Shown: one piece after another, positions 25,397 through 35,157 of the stretch
Layout: each line of letters starts with the position of its first letter
Position numbering within the stretch: position 1 is the first letter of the stretch
IMG/VR virus record: IMGVR_UViG_3300048851_000208
Coordinates: 1-41,134 of that record
Direction: 5' to 3' (one strand)
From: a virus
Taxonomy: Duplodnaviria > Caudoviricetes
DNA length: 41,134 bases
The notes under the pieces: model-generated
Database searches by the model: none
Seen by the model: only the letters and a program-made list of their open reading frames with translations
What the model was told of the DNA's origin: nothing
Position numbers and translations under genes: made by a program

Positions 25397-25751
25397 CCTT
25401 GTGGCTGACCTTGAACTCCAACTGGACGCGGGACAGAGCCGAGTTGCTAGTCAAGTCGCTCAAGTCCATTTCGTTGATGAGCGCGCAACTCTGGACAACA
25501 GCGTCGCGGTAGCCGTCCAACTTGATCCTGATGCTGTTCGCGAGAGCGCGGGCCTCGTCAAAGTCGAGTGCGTAAACATCGACGCGGAAGGTGGGCATCG
25601 CATTGCCAGTAGGACCGTCGAAGTCCCTTAAACGTGGCGTGCTGACGCGGTTGTAGGTGACGAACGGCGCTCTTGTGCCTTTAGGAACGACGTTGGGGAA
25701 TGTGTTCGGGCATAGGTCTGCCAACATGCCGTAGAGCGTTGCTTCAATCAC
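25392..25751 (-). CDS. Tail terminator (DUF3168-like)
   Basis: P......PFVTY and FRVDVYA....A..LA motifs. Confidence 0.88.
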   Translation of the reverse strand: MIEATLYGMLADLCPNTFPNVVPKGTRAPFVTYNRVSTPRLRDFDGPTGNAMPTFRVDVYALDFDEARALANSIRIKLDGYRDAVVQSCALINEMDLSDLTSNSALSRVQLEFKVSHKE

Positions 25752-26209
25752 TTGCGCGCCTTCCTGGCGGCTCGATCGACGCCCTTCTTGAGTTCAGCCT
25801 GGAGCGTTTCCACGACTTTGGGGGCGACATCATCAAGAGCGGGCTTGAACCACGGCTTGGCGGGTTCATGCTCGGTGCCGTTTTCAGAGAAGCGACCCCA
25901 GAAAGCGTTGCCGGTAGTCACCTCGAAAGCCACCGTGTGGTTCTTTCGAGCCTTCACCTTCTTGGTTTTGATGTTGTCCTTTAGGTGGCCGTAATCGGCG
26001 GTGCTCTTGCTTCCGTCCTTCTTCGTCCAGGTGCGCTCGGTTGGCCCAGGATCGAACGGGGCGCGGTCCTTCACGGCATCGCGCATCACGTTCGTGGCTT
26101 TGCGTGCGGCGGCGGCGCCGGTCTTCGTCGCTACCTCAGGGCCAAGCGCCTTCAGCGCCTTTTCCAGTTCCTTGAAGCCCGACATGTGGAAGGTGTTGCG
26201 AGTAGCCAT
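25748..26209 (-). CDS. HK97 gp10-like tail component
   Basis: G.KEL...L..L, GHLKDNI and F.ENGT...PAKPWFKPA motifs; start ATG 26209. Confidence 0.9.
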   Translation of the reverse strand: MATRNTFHMSGFKELEKALKALGPEVATKTGAAAARKATNVMRDAVKDRAPFDPGPTERTWTKKDGSKSTADYGHLKDNIKTKKVKARKNHTVAFEVTTGNAFWGRFSENGTEHEPAKPWFKPALDDVAPKVVETLQAELKKGVDRAARKARK

Positions 26210-26523
26210 CAGATGGCCCTCACGAGCAGCTTCAGACCCTCGCGGCGGGGCATCTCGTCCACGCCTACGATCGCGTAATGCTGGCCGTCGCACTCGATCT
26301 GGTTGGCAGTGGTGATGCCGGGGCTATGGCGGATGACGAATTTGGCCTCTGCGGCCTCGTCGGTCCCCGCCATGCGCGTGGTCTCACGCAGGTTGAGCGC
26401 TTCCCGACCGGCCCAAACGGTGGCGATCGGAGCGAATGCGCTCTTTTCCACACCTGTGGGTGATCGGGTCTTGGTCGAACCAAGGATCGTGATGCGACGG
26501 TCGAGGGAGCCGGCGTCGATCAT
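26209..26523 (-). CDS. Head closure / head-tail adaptor (SPP1 gp16-like)
   Basis: AG.LDRRITI, TVWA and F.IR motifs. Confidence 0.92.
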   Translation of the reverse strand: MIDAGSLDRRITILGSTKTRSPTGVEKSAFAPIATVWAGREALNLRETTRMAGTDEAAEAKFVIRHSPGITTANQIECDGQHYAIVGVDEMPRREGLKLLVRAI

Positions 26524-26795
26524 AGATCACCGGCACGGAAGGGGTTCAGGAGGCGGTAGAACGTCTTCTCACCAACCGTCTGACCCTCGCGATTGCGGTA
26601 TAGGTCAGCCGAGAACACGGCGATCGCCTGCTTGATGCTAGCAGGGCACGTATCAGGGGTGAAAAGGCGACCTGTGTAGGTCTGCGCCTGTTCCTGCGCG
26701 GCGATGATGAGGAGAAGGATCGCGGCGTCGTCGGCATCACTGTCGATGCGACACCAATCCTTGACCTCCTGCGGAGTAATGACGGTAAGTTCCAT
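26520..26795 (-). CDS. Head-tail connector (HK97 gp6-like)
   Basis: EVK.WCRID..DD......AA...YTGR and LY.NRE motifs. Confidence 0.92.
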   Translation of the reverse strand: MELTVITPQEVKDWCRIDSDADDAAILLLIIAAQEQAQTYTGRLFTPDTCPASIKQAIAVFSADLYRNREGQTVGEKTFYRLLNPFRAGDL

Positions 26796-26799
26796 CGAT

Positions 26800-26807
26800 T
26801 ACTTAGC
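26800..26807 (-). promoter_or_regulatory. Phage promoter motif GCTAAGTA
   Basis: 4 nt before ATG 26795, directly after the capsid terminator. Confidence 0.75.
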
Positions 26808-26842
26808 AGAAACAGAAGAAGCGGCCGTTTCCGACCGCTTCT
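26808..26842 (-). terminator. Intrinsic terminator after the capsid gene
   Basis: Minus strand AGAAGCGGUCG-GAAA-CGGCCGCUUCU followed by UCUGUUUCU; abuts the promoter motif at 26800-26807. Confidence 0.75.
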
Positions 26843-26865
26843 CCATTCCTTATCCGGTTAGAGGA

Positions 26866-28026
26866 TCAGGCAGACACCTTCAGGGTGATGAAAGCCAGCT
26901 TGTCGCGGACCATGCCACCAACGCGCTTGGTGCTGTAGAACAGCACGAAAGGCTTCTTGGTGAACGGATCGCGCAGCACGCGAACGCCGATACGGTCAGC
27001 GATCAGGTAGCCCTGCTTGAAGTCACCGAACACGAGAGGCAGCTTGCCAGCGGCAACCGCATCCATCTCCGAGATTTCGGTCAGGCCGTAACCTGCCAGG
27101 GTGGCTGGCTCGCCCGCGATTAGCGAAGGCTGCCACAGGTAGTTGTTGTTGGCATCCTTCAGAGTGCGAACCTGCGCGATGGTTGCCGAAGCGGCAGCAA
27201 AGCGGGCGTTCTGGCGGTAAGCCGAACCCAGACCGTAGATCATCTGGAAGATGAAGTCTGCGTTGGTAGGCAGCGCGGCTGCGATGCCGGTCTTGACCTG
27301 CGCGATGCCGGTCGTAGCCATCAGGCCCATTGGCTTGTTGACGCCATCGCCGTTCACGAACGCAGCGTTCTCCTTGATCGCGAATGCGCGTGCGACTTCC
27401 TCGGCGAGCAGGGCTTCCACGTTGACCGAGAGGTCATCGAGAGCGCGCTGCGAAACGCCAGGGTTAGCGTAGATCTCGCCCATTGGGACGCGGGTCTCGC
27501 TCAGCGTTGGGGTCTGGGTCTCAGGACGTGCGTCGGTCTCACCAACCCAGCCGGCATCAACGCCGTGTAGGTTCGAGAGGAAGCGGTAGTCGTCGGACGA
27601 AACCGAGATAACCGATGCCATGCTGCGGATCGGGCTAAGGGTCTCAAGGGCCTTGAACAGGCCAGCCTCAACCACCTTAGGCAGGAGATAGCCGCCGGTC
27701 GAACCCTCTGGCGTGCCGCCAGTGGTGACCATTGCCTTCTGCTCCAGACCTTCGAGGCCTGCGTCCATGCCCTTACGCATGAAGCCGTTGAACGCCTTTG
27801 CGTGGGCATCCTCGTCAGCGTTGATGCTGGTTGCGCCTGGACGGTTGGACTTCTTGGCAACGTCGGTGACGGATGCCTGAAGTGCGGTCAGATCAGCGTT
27901 GATCTTGTCCAGCTTGTCGGTGGTAACGTAGTCTGCGCTGCCCTTCGCTTCAATCTGGGTGAGGCGCTGATCATTAGTATTCTTGAACTCCTCGAAGGCG
28001 TTCATCAGGTCGTTGAGATCGGCCAT
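26866..28026 (-). CDS. Major capsid protein, HK97 family
   Basis: GGYLLP, AGWVGE, AFVNGDG.NKPMG, LKDANNNYLWQP and FGDF motifs; SD AAGGAG. Confidence 0.97.
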   Translation of the reverse strand: MADLNDLMNAFEEFKNTNDQRLTQIEAKGSADYVTTDKLDKINADLTALQASVTDVAKKSNRPGATSINADEDAHAKAFNGFMRKGMDAGLEGLEQKAMVTTGGTPEGSTGGYLLPKVVEAGLFKALETLSPIRSMASVISVSSDDYRFLSNLHGVDAGWVGETDARPETQTPTLSETRVPMGEIYANPGVSQRALDDLSVNVEALLAEEVARAFAIKENAAFVNGDGVNKPMGLMATTGIAQVKTGIAAALPTNADFIFQMIYGLGSAYRQNARFAAASATIAQVRTLKDANNNYLWQPSLIAGEPATLAGYGLTEISEMDAVAAGKLPLVFGDFKQGYLIADRIGVRVLRDPFTKKPFVLFYSTKRVGGMVRDKLAFITLKVSA

Positions 28027-28098
28027 TATGGGCTCCTTTGTCTCGGTGAATTGATCGAAACCTCGACGCCAGAGTCCCTCCGTGCTTGGTTTGCTTTT

Positions 28099-28106
28099 TA
28101 CTTATC
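28099..28106 (-). promoter_or_regulatory. Phage promoter motif GATAAGTA
   Basis: Upstream of the SD-led major capsid gene. Confidence 0.7.
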
Positions 28107-28115
28107 AGTTGATGG

Positions 28116-28787
28116 TTATGCGGCTCGCATCTTGCCAATTAGGTCGTTGATCGCGTCGTTAATCGCCTTCTTCTCGGCAAGTTCGCTCTTGCTCTCGAAT
28201 TGGCTCGCTACTGCGATGCTTTCCGACTTGCTCAGGCCACATTCGCGCAACAGGCTTTCAAGATCGCGGACACTCATGCTCTCGCCCAGGCTCTTGACTG
28301 CCTGAACACGAGCTTTGCCGTTTGCCGGCAGGCCGACGACCGACACTTCCACAACTTCGACTTCCTCAAGGGTGCGAAGTGGCTCGTTGGCCTTGGTGCC
28401 AAGAGTGTATCTGACCGGGTAGAAGCCGATCGACAGGCCGGTAATCGCGCCAGCCTTGAGCGCCACGTAGGTGTCGCGGCCCATGCTGGTGTCGAGCAGT
28501 TCGCCAGTGACCTTCAGGCCGTAGCCGTCTTCCGACATATCGGTCCATCGGCCGATCGGCAGGCTATTGAAGGCGTCATGGTTGAGGAACATCATGGGCG
28601 ATGTGCCGGCCGTCTGGTGGCCCGCGAGGCTCTTGGCGAAGGCACCGGGCGCGATCACGTCGCCATAGCTGTCCACGTTGCCAAAGACGGCACCGTAACC
28701 CGAGAAGGTCATCTTGCCTTCGGCATCCGCAACGCTGTCGAACTTACATTCGAGGCGGGCGACCGCCTTTTGCTCAATAGGGGTCAC
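28116..28787 (-). CDS. Prohead protease, HK97 family
   Basis: FSGYGAVF.NVDSYGDVI.PGAF, NHD..PIG.W, GLSIGF and EVSVV..PAN motifs. Confidence 0.95.
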   Translation of the reverse strand: MTPIEQKAVARLECKFDSVADAEGKMTFSGYGAVFGNVDSYGDVIAPGAFAKSLAGHQTAGTSPMMFLNHDAFNSLPIGRWTDMSEDGYGLKVTGELLDTSMGRDTYVALKAGAITGLSIGFYPVRYTLGTKANEPLRTLEEVEVVEVSVVGLPANGKARVQAVKSLGESMSVRDLESLLRECGLSKSESIAVASQFESKSELAEKKAINDAINDLIGKMRAA

Positions 28788-30058
28788 TTCTCTACCTCAT
28801 CGTTATTATCGTTCTGGGAGGTGGCCCGAGAGGCCGAGTTGGGCAGCTTGTTTGCGCCACCGAATAGGTTTGCTGCGCCCATCAGCTTATCGGCTTCAGG
28901 ATCGGTGCTGCGCGGCATGTCTTCCTTCGCGCGGACCTCGTTTGCGGTCATCGCACCGATGGTTTTCATGGTCTGGTAGTAGGAGGCGCGCTCACTGTGG
29001 CTGGCGCGCAGGAGCGCGTTCGCGGACAGCTTGATCGAATAGCCGTCGCGCAACTCCTGCTCGGTCAGAAGAGCATTTTCGGCGCTCTGCTCGAAACGCT
29101 CATACCAAGGCATCAGCGTGTGGGTGAGGTGAGCCAAGAATAGCTGCTCAACGGACGCGTAGCTGGTGCTGTCGTCCTCCATGACCATGATCGGCAGGAC
29201 ACGGAAGAAGCGGCAAATCTCGCGGATGAGGAACTTGCGGTTCTCGATCCATTGCGCCTCGTTCGCGGTGCTGTGGACCGGAGTGAATTCCAGGTCGAAC
29301 GGCAGCATCACGGTCCGGTGGGCATTAGCCGTGCCCTGGTGCTGCTCGCTCCACAGCTTTTTGATCTCTGCGCGCTGCTCTGCGGTGAGGGGCTGACCGC
29401 CAGAGCGCGTGGTCAACATGCCGCCTGGACGCGCGCCGTTCTCGAAGAGCTTGCTTCCGAAGTTCTCCGTGGCGCGGGAAAGACCAATCGCGTTACAGGC
29501 TAGTTCAACGGCATCGATGCCCTTGACGCCATCCATGCTGGGGCCGCGAATGTGCCAGATGTCCTCGGCAGGAACTTCGCGTTGAACACCATCGGCGAAC
29601 GCGACATCGTAGGTTAGGCTTAGGTCGTCGTTCTGCTTGACCGTCACCGCGTTCGGCTGGAACGCATATAGCTCTGTGATCTTGTTGCCGACGCGGTTCT
29701 TGAACAGATAAGCGTTGTTCTTGAGTGCGAGGTGGAAGCCGATCTGCTCGCGCAGTTCAAAGCTGGTTTGCCAATCGTTGGGCTTGCGGTTCAGCAGCAA
29801 GTAGAGCGGGTGTTCGCGCGCTTCTACCGGCGATCCGGCGCTGTCCTCGCGATAGACCTTACATGGAACCTGCGCCATGCCTTCTGCGATCACGCGAGCG
29901 CAGCAAAGCACCGCGCTGACCTGGATCGCTGTTTTGTCGTTTACCTCTTCGCCCGCGGACCGCGCTGCCTGACTGATGGCGCTGCGTAGGTCGTGAGAGG
30001 TGGTGATGGCCGCGTCGCTTTTGCGCTCTAGGCCGAAGAATTGAGCAAGAAGTCCCAT
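28784..30058 (-). CDS. Portal protein, HK97 family
   Basis: AV..C.RVIAE..AQVP, HPLY.LL..KPN.WQT, F.NGA.PGG and T.NEVR..ED motifs. Confidence 0.96.
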   Translation of the reverse strand: MGLLAQFFGLERKSDAAITTSHDLRSAISQAARSAGEEVNDKTAIQVSAVLCCARVIAEGMAQVPCKVYREDSAGSPVEAREHPLYLLLNRKPNDWQTSFELREQIGFHLALKNNAYLFKNRVGNKITELYAFQPNAVTVKQNDDLSLTYDVAFADGVQREVPAEDIWHIRGPSMDGVKGIDAVELACNAIGLSRATENFGSKLFENGARPGGMLTTRSGGQPLTAEQRAEIKKLWSEQHQGTANAHRTVMLPFDLEFTPVHSTANEAQWIENRKFLIREICRFFRVLPIMVMEDDSTSYASVEQLFLAHLTHTLMPWYERFEQSAENALLTEQELRDGYSIKLSANALLRASHSERASYYQTMKTIGAMTANEVRAKEDMPRSTDPEADKLMGAANLFGGANKLPNSASRATSQNDNNDEVEK

Positions 30059-30062
30059 CCTT

Positions 30063-30070
30063 TACTTAGC
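30063..30070 (-). promoter_or_regulatory. Phage promoter motif GCTAAGTA
   Basis: 4 nt before portal ATG 30058; second copy TCTAAGTA at 30087-30094. Confidence 0.75.
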
Positions 30071-30122
30071 ACGGATGGAAGCCGTTTACTTAGATCTTCA
30101 TTTGTTCAGGGGCCTCAGCCCG

Positions 30123-30788
30123 TCAATCATACTCGCGCCGGAGATCAGCTCTTTGCTCGAGTGCTGCCGCATAGCGGCGGCGAAACTCTTCTGCCTCATC
30201 ACCGGTTAGCGGGTTGCGATCCAGAGAGAACGTCCGTCCTCTGATAATATCGAGGATACGAATTCCGCCGGGTGGTACCTGTGGAAGGGCGCTCGTTAGC
30301 AACCAAAGCCCTAGCTGGGCTGCTCGATCTGAAAGCACCGGATCAGGCGCAAAGTATGGATAGACGACGTGTTCTTCATCCCTGCCGTCCCGAACAGACA
30401 GGATGTTGTCGATCTTTACGGTCGCGTCTAATCCAGGGATCGGGAAATGCGCTTTCAAGGTGCGTCCTGGCCGAAATGGCTCGTTCGTCCAACGGCGCCG
30501 CTCATTCCACCACGTGAGAAATCCGCTTCGAAGCTGCGGATACAGATTGTCACGTGCGCGGAGTGCTTCGATGCGATCGTCCACCATCGCGTGGAGGTCG
30601 CCCGTGCCGAATACGTGCGCCTTAGCGTCTGCCCAGAACGGACCGTAGAAGTCGCCCCCGCCACTATCTCGGCCAGCTTCTCTGGCAATCTCTTCACGAA
30701 TATCGTCCCTCAACGCGGAGGTAACTCGATTAGGCGGAAGAAAGAGGATCTTCAGCAGCTTACGAAGGTGAATTCGATCAAGAGCCAT
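30123..30788 (-). CDS. Hypothetical moron between terminase and portal
   Basis: 221 aa from the SD-led ATG 30788; interrupts the normally adjacent terL-portal pair. Confidence 0.75.
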   Translation of the reverse strand: MALDRIHLRKLLKILFLPPNRVTSALRDDIREEIAREAGRDSGGGDFYGPFWADAKAHVFGTGDLHAMVDDRIEALRARDNLYPQLRSGFLTWWNERRRWTNEPFRPGRTLKAHFPIPGLDATVKIDNILSVRDGRDEEHVVYPYFAPDPVLSDRAAQLGLWLLTSALPQVPPGGIRILDIIRGRTFSLDRNPLTGDEAEEFRRRYAAALEQRADLRREYD

Positions 30789-30864
30789 TTGCCGTCTCCT
30801 GAAAAGCTCATGAGCCGTCGCGGTGCGCCGATCCACTAAAAAACATAACGGGTTATCCGCTGTC

Positions 30865-32547
30865 TCAATCTAGGACGTCCAGCCACACCTCCACAGGTGT
30901 GGGTGCCGCGACACTCGCAAGGCCCAGAGCCATGATCAGAGACACGAAGCCGTCGATCTTCGCTTCGTCTCTGCGCGGCGGCTTCGCGGGCTTCATGAAC
31001 TCGTCTCGGCGCTGAGCGACTACGTTACTTGCCATCCAGCGCATCATGCGGTTGCCGTTGTGCTTGATCTGCCCAAGCGCAATCAGCTTCTCGAAACGGC
31101 TCATCGGCGGATGGAGGTTGGAGAAGTTCTGCGGGTAGGTGACGACAGGTAGGCCGTCCTGGCCAAGCCGCTGCGCCATCATCGCTGCCTGCCACTGGTC
31201 GAACGCGATGCCCTGGACGTTGAACTGCCCGGCAAGTTCGCGCAGCTTCGCTTCTACGGCCGCGAAATCGGTCTCTTCGTCGGGCGTAAGGATCAGATGA
31301 CCGTCACTTTCCCATTCCTGATAGGCCGTTGCGTTCTTCGGCTGGCGTTGGACTGCCATTTGGGGAAGGAAAAAGAACGGGTAGAAATGGTGCTCTAGCC
31401 CGGTGTCTGCCGGCACATCGACCAGCAAACCGATGGCCGTGACGTCGACTACCTTCGACATATCGACGCCGATATGAGCTTTGTAACCCTGATTGATGAC
31501 GCGATCGAAGGGCAGAGCATCCGCATTGGCATCCCAATCGCGCATGTTGACCCAAGCATCGCTGCTCGACTGCCAGACGTTCAGATGCTTGGTCAGGAGA
31601 CCGGGCTTCTCGCTCGGCACGTCCATGGCCGTCTGGTAGAGTTCGCGAAGGCGCGCTTCGGTGAAGCTGACACCCACATTCGGGTTGGCTTTCTTCCAGA
31701 CATCGAAGTCCCGCCAATCGTCGCCCTTGTCGATCGTGTAGATGGCCGAGAAGCGGCGTGCGTCGGTCAGTTCACCGGCAAGGATTTGCTCGCACTGCGA
31801 CTGAAGGGTGCGGCAATCGCCGGCCTCGTTGAAGCCGGCCGTGGTGATCGTGATGAGCAGGGGCTGGGTTCGGGCACCCATGCCGGTTCGCATCGTCTCG
31901 CGCTGGCGTGCGAAGTTATGGTTTTCATGTGCCTCATCCAGGATGGCGAGGTGCGGGTTCGATCCGTCGGGCGGATCGCCAATCATGCGTTCGAGGAAGC
32001 TGCCATCTGGCAACTCGATCTTCTTCTTGGTGACGCGGGCGCCCCAATGCTGGGCGAAGCCGGGTGCGCGCAGAGCCATGTCGCGGCACGGCTGGAAGCA
32101 GAAGTCGGCCTGGTTGAGCGCGGTCGCGCCGATATAGACCTGAGCGCGCTGCTCGTAGTCCGCGACCAGCATGTAGAGCGCGATCACCGCGGCGAAGGTG
32201 CTTTTGCCATTCTTGCGGGGGATGAAGACGAAGGCTTCGCGGTGCTTGCGGTAGCCATCGGCATCGACCAGCCCGAAGATGCTCGCCAAAATCCAGACCT
32301 GCCATGGCTCCAAGCGCAGCTTCAGTCGCTTGGCGGCGAGCGGGCCTTCCAGATACGGGAACGTCTCCGCGAAGAGGCAGACGCGCTCGACCTTGGCCGC
32401 GTTCAGCGTCCATGCGTCGGATGCGATGTCATCAAGGAAGCGTTGGCAGGAACTCTGAATTTGCCAGCACGCGGGGATCTCGGCCGCGGCGACCTGTTCC
32501 GCATAGCGAATGGCTATGCTGGCGAAGTGCCCCTTGCCCTGGCGCAC
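30865..32547 (-). CDS. terL: Terminase large subunit
   Basis: LEPWQ, Walker A PRKNGKST, Walker B ILDEAH, ITTAG, nuclease GVD.S...D and KIDG.V motifs. Confidence 0.97.
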   Translation of the reverse strand: MRQGKGHFASIAIRYAEQVAAAEIPACWQIQSSCQRFLDDIASDAWTLNAAKVERVCLFAETFPYLEGPLAAKRLKLRLEPWQVWILASIFGLVDADGYRKHREAFVFIPRKNGKSTFAAVIALYMLVADYEQRAQVYIGATALNQADFCFQPCRDMALRAPGFAQHWGARVTKKKIELPDGSFLERMIGDPPDGSNPHLAILDEAHENHNFARQRETMRTGMGARTQPLLITITTAGFNEAGDCRTLQSQCEQILAGELTDARRFSAIYTIDKGDDWRDFDVWKKANPNVGVSFTEARLRELYQTAMDVPSEKPGLLTKHLNVWQSSSDAWVNMRDWDANADALPFDRVINQGYKAHIGVDMSKVVDVTAIGLLVDVPADTGLEHHFYPFFFLPQMAVQRQPKNATAYQEWESDGHLILTPDEETDFAAVEAKLRELAGQFNVQGIAFDQWQAAMMAQRLGQDGLPVVTYPQNFSNLHPPMSRFEKLIALGQIKHNGNRMMRWMASNVVAQRRDEFMKPAKPPRRDEAKIDGFVSLIMALGLASVAAPTPVEVWLDVLD

Positions 32548-32549
32548 GG

Positions 32550-32909
32550 TTACGCGTCCGGCAGAGCGCCGTAGGGGTTAGCTTCTGCCTGTAGTGGGTT
32601 GGCCGGCGTGCCGGTTGTGGTGCGTCCCGCTAGGCCACTGATGCCCAGCAGCTCGGCCAGCTTACGCTTCTCGCTCAGGTATGCGCCTCGGGGCACGTCG
32701 CCGGCCGCGAAGATCGCGCGGCACTGCGCTTCAAGGGAGCAATAGGTCGCGAAGGTGCTTGAGTGGCTGGCATTGATGCCCTTGGCGACGACGAACTCGA
32801 TTTCTTCGAACCACACGTCCTTGGCCGCTGCCGTGAGGTAATCTGGCATGACGGGCTTGCTGGCTAGGCCAGTTTCGTGCGGTTGTTTAGGTTTTGGGCC
32901 TCGTTTCAC
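32550..32909 (-). CDS. terS: Terminase small subunit (P27-like)
   Basis: MKRGPKP...P.YL...AK..W...YC...ELLG; immediately upstream of terL. Confidence 0.88.
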   Translation of the reverse strand: MKRGPKPKQPHETGLASKPVMPDYLTAAAKDVWFEEIEFVVAKGINASHSSTFATYCSLEAQCRAIFAAGDVPRGAYLSEKRKLAELLGISGLAGRTTTGTPANPLQAEANPYGALPDA

Positions 32910-32913
32910 TCAT

Positions 32914-32921
32914 TACTTAGC
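32914..32921 (-). promoter_or_regulatory. Phage promoter motif GCTAAGTA
   Basis: 4 nt before terS GTG 32909. Confidence 0.75.
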
Positions 32922-32995
32922 CCTCAGCGCACTAGATGATTGCTTGAGCGCGTTAGCGCAGGCTAAACTAGCCAGAATGCTGTGGTGGAGCCCAT

Positions 32996-34495
32996 ATGGA
33001 CCGTCTTAATCTACTCAAAGGCCTGTCGTTTGGGTCTCAGGTCGCTGAGGAAGAGGTGAACCAGCTTCAAGACTACTTTGTTCAAACGGACCAATGGAGT
33101 CGGATAGCTCGTGGCGATGTGGACATCGTCCGCGGAGAGAAGGGCGCAGGTAAGAGCGCAATATACCTGCTCCTCGACAAATCCCGCGACCTTATGTTCG
33201 ACAGAAACGTTCTTCAGGTAAGTGGCGAGAACCCGCGAGGGACCACGGTCTTTAAAGACCTTCTTTCCGATCCTCCAACGAGCGAGGCCGAGTTCATTGT
33301 TCTTTGGAAGATCTATATCCTAACTATCATTGTCCATAAGCTGCGCGAGTACGGGATCGCGACCGGAAAAATGTCGGCGGTAGTCGGTCCGCTTGAGGAA
33401 GCTGGCTTGCTCGAACGTGAATTAAACCTCGCAGGTCTGTTAAGGCTGGCCCAGAGTTTCACAAGAAGGCTTCTCAAAAGCAAGCTAGAAGCGGGCGTAG
33501 AGTTAGACCCGAATACTGGTACGCCGTCTGGCGTGATTGGCAGAATAGCTCTGGCTGAGCCCAGCCACGACCTTAGGCTCAGGGGTATAACGTCCATTGA
33601 TGGCATGTTCGAAATTGTTAGATCCTCCTTGGAGGAGGCAGGCTATTCAATATGGGTTTTGCTGGACCGACTAGATGTCGCTTTCGCAGAGAGCCATGAG
33701 CTCGAGGCAAATGCGATACGTGCTCTTGTGCGGGTCTATGGAGACCTCCGCGGTATTGACAACATCCATCTTAAGATATTCCTCCGAGAGGACATCTGGA
33801 AGAGAGTAACGTCGGCGGGGCTGCGAGAGGCAAGTCATATAACCCGTTTTGAGATCATGCGGTGGACGACGCCGATGCTGCTTAATCTAACACTTCGGAG
33901 GGTTCTCAGTAACGCGGCGCTAACTGCTGAACTGAAGGTAGACAAGGAGGCAGTGCTCGCCAGTTCTGAGGCCCAAAGTGAACTGTTTGAGCGCATCTTT
34001 CCAACGCAGGTTGAGCAAGGAGAACGAAAAGCAACCACCTTCGATTGGATGGTTGGTCGGTGCGCTGACGGAACAGGTAACACTGCTCCCCGCGAGCTGA
34101 TACACCTTTTGAATTGTATTAAGGACGAGGAAATCAGACGTTTGGAGCGAGGCGAAAACCCACCCGAGGGCGACAAGCTATTCGATCGGTCGGTTTTCAA
34201 ATCAGCTTTGCCGACAGTGTCGACTACTAGACTACACACTTATTTGTACGCCGAGTATCCGCAAGAGAAGCCGTTCTTGGAGAGGTTGAAAGGCGAAAAG
34301 ACTGAGCAGACTGTCGAAAGCCTGTCAGAAATCTGGGGTTTCTCGAAAGAAGAGGTTTTGGCGAAAGCGCAGTCACTCATAGAGCTAGGCTTCTTTCAAG
34401 CCCGCGGAACACGAGCAGAGCCTACCTTCTGGGTCCCGTTTCTGTATCGGGATGCCCTAGACCTAATCCAGGGGAAAGCCGGTGCGGGTAGCTAG
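32996..34495 (+). CDS. P-loop ATPase (Sll1717/FunZ-like), antisense moron, candidate defence gene
   Basis: FG..VAE.E, Walker A GEKGAGKS, Walker B VLLDRLD, KIFLREDI and PRELI motifs; atypical codon usage. Confidence 0.85.
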   Translation: MDRLNLLKGLSFGSQVAEEEVNQLQDYFVQTDQWSRIARGDVDIVRGEKGAGKSAIYLLLDKSRDLMFDRNVLQVSGENPRGTTVFKDLLSDPPTSEAEFIVLWKIYILTIIVHKLREYGIATGKMSAVVGPLEEAGLLERELNLAGLLRLAQSFTRRLLKSKLEAGVELDPNTGTPSGVIGRIALAEPSHDLRLRGITSIDGMFEIVRSSLEEAGYSIWVLLDRLDVAFAESHELEANAIRALVRVYGDLRGIDNIHLKIFLREDIWKRVTSAGLREASHITRFEIMRWTTPMLLNLTLRRVLSNAALTAELKVDKEAVLASSEAQSELFERIFPTQVEQGERKATTFDWMVGRCADGTGNTAPRELIHLLNCIKDEEIRRLERGENPPEGDKLFDRSVFKSALPTVSTTRLHTYLYAEYPQEKPFLERLKGEKTEQTVESLSEIWGFSKEEVLAKAQSLIELGFFQARGTRAEPTFWVPFLYRDALDLIQGKAGAGS

Positions 34496-34514
34496 ATTTG
34501 CCAGGTATTTTAAT

Positions 34515-34650
34515 TCATCCAGGCGTCTTTTTGAGGGGGTGGGTGTCGCTGAGAGCGTCGGTTCCTCAGATTTTGACGCGCCCCTAGGCACATTAGGGTC
34601 CAAACAGGGGTCACTCAGGGTCAGGGGCACCAGAGGGGCAGCAGGGCTGC
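34515..34650 (-). other. Putative cos/packaging region
   Basis: Non-coding DNA between HNH and terS. Minus strand GGGGCGCGTCAAAATCT...CGACACCCACCCCCTCAAAAAGACGC resembles sequence near the termini of HK97-like phages; adjacent CAGGG repeats. Confidence 0.4.
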
Positions 34651-34718
34651 TCCAGGCGCGTGTGGCCCCTTACAGGGCATCTGCGGGGCGTGCGGAGGGG
34701 AGCGCAAGCTGTCGGAGC

Positions 34719-34779
34719 GTCCACTTTTCGTAGCGGCGTTGAACCATGCGAATGACCGGAGCGGGTGGATACCAGCCGT
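34719..34779 (-). repeat. Cassette-junction repeat (left part, minus strand)
   Basis: Minus: ACGGCTGGTAT-CCACCC-GCTCCGGTCAT, 24-nt linker, AAAGTGGAC. Confidence 0.75.
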
Positions 34780-34785
34780 CCGCGC

Positions 34786-35133
34786 TCACGTGGAATGAGT
34801 GACGCGGAAGCCTGCTTGGAGCGGTTGGACTTCAATGAAGTCTCCTTCGACGGTGTTTCCGGCACATCGCTCGGCGCGTTCGCAGGCAGTGCCGATCCGA
34901 CGTTCCGTTGCGCGGCGAAACGCACTCTCGCAGACAAGCGGCATCTTAACTAGAACGATGTAAATGCTGTCGAAGCCGGGTGAACGGTCGGGCGAGTCAG
35001 CGTTCAAGTTGCGAACGGTCGCACCGTCGCAGAGCGCTAGCCCCGTAACTTCATTGAAGTAGCTAATCGTCTCTGGCCGGCTTTCGCACGACAGCAGCAG
35101 TGGGCTGATCAGCAGCAAAGCAGAAAGGCGCAT
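34786..35133 (-). CDS. Putative lipoprotein (cassette gene)
   Basis: MRLSALLLISPLLLS-C lipobox; SD AAAGG; bracketed by repeat sites. Confidence 0.75.
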   Translation of the reverse strand: MRLSALLLISPLLLSCESRPETISYFNEVTGLALCDGATVRNLNADSPDRSPGFDSIYIVLVKMPLVCESAFRRATERRIGTACERAERCAGNTVEGDFIEVQPLQAGFRVTHST

Positions 35134-35157
35134 CACCTTTCTTTTACGATGGCGCGA

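Noticed and set aside
31474-32574. 366-aa plus-strand ORF and other long antisense ORFs (28200-28979, 11388-12077, 12566-13198)
   Set aside because: Shadow frames of well-supported minus-strand phage genes in GC-rich DNA.
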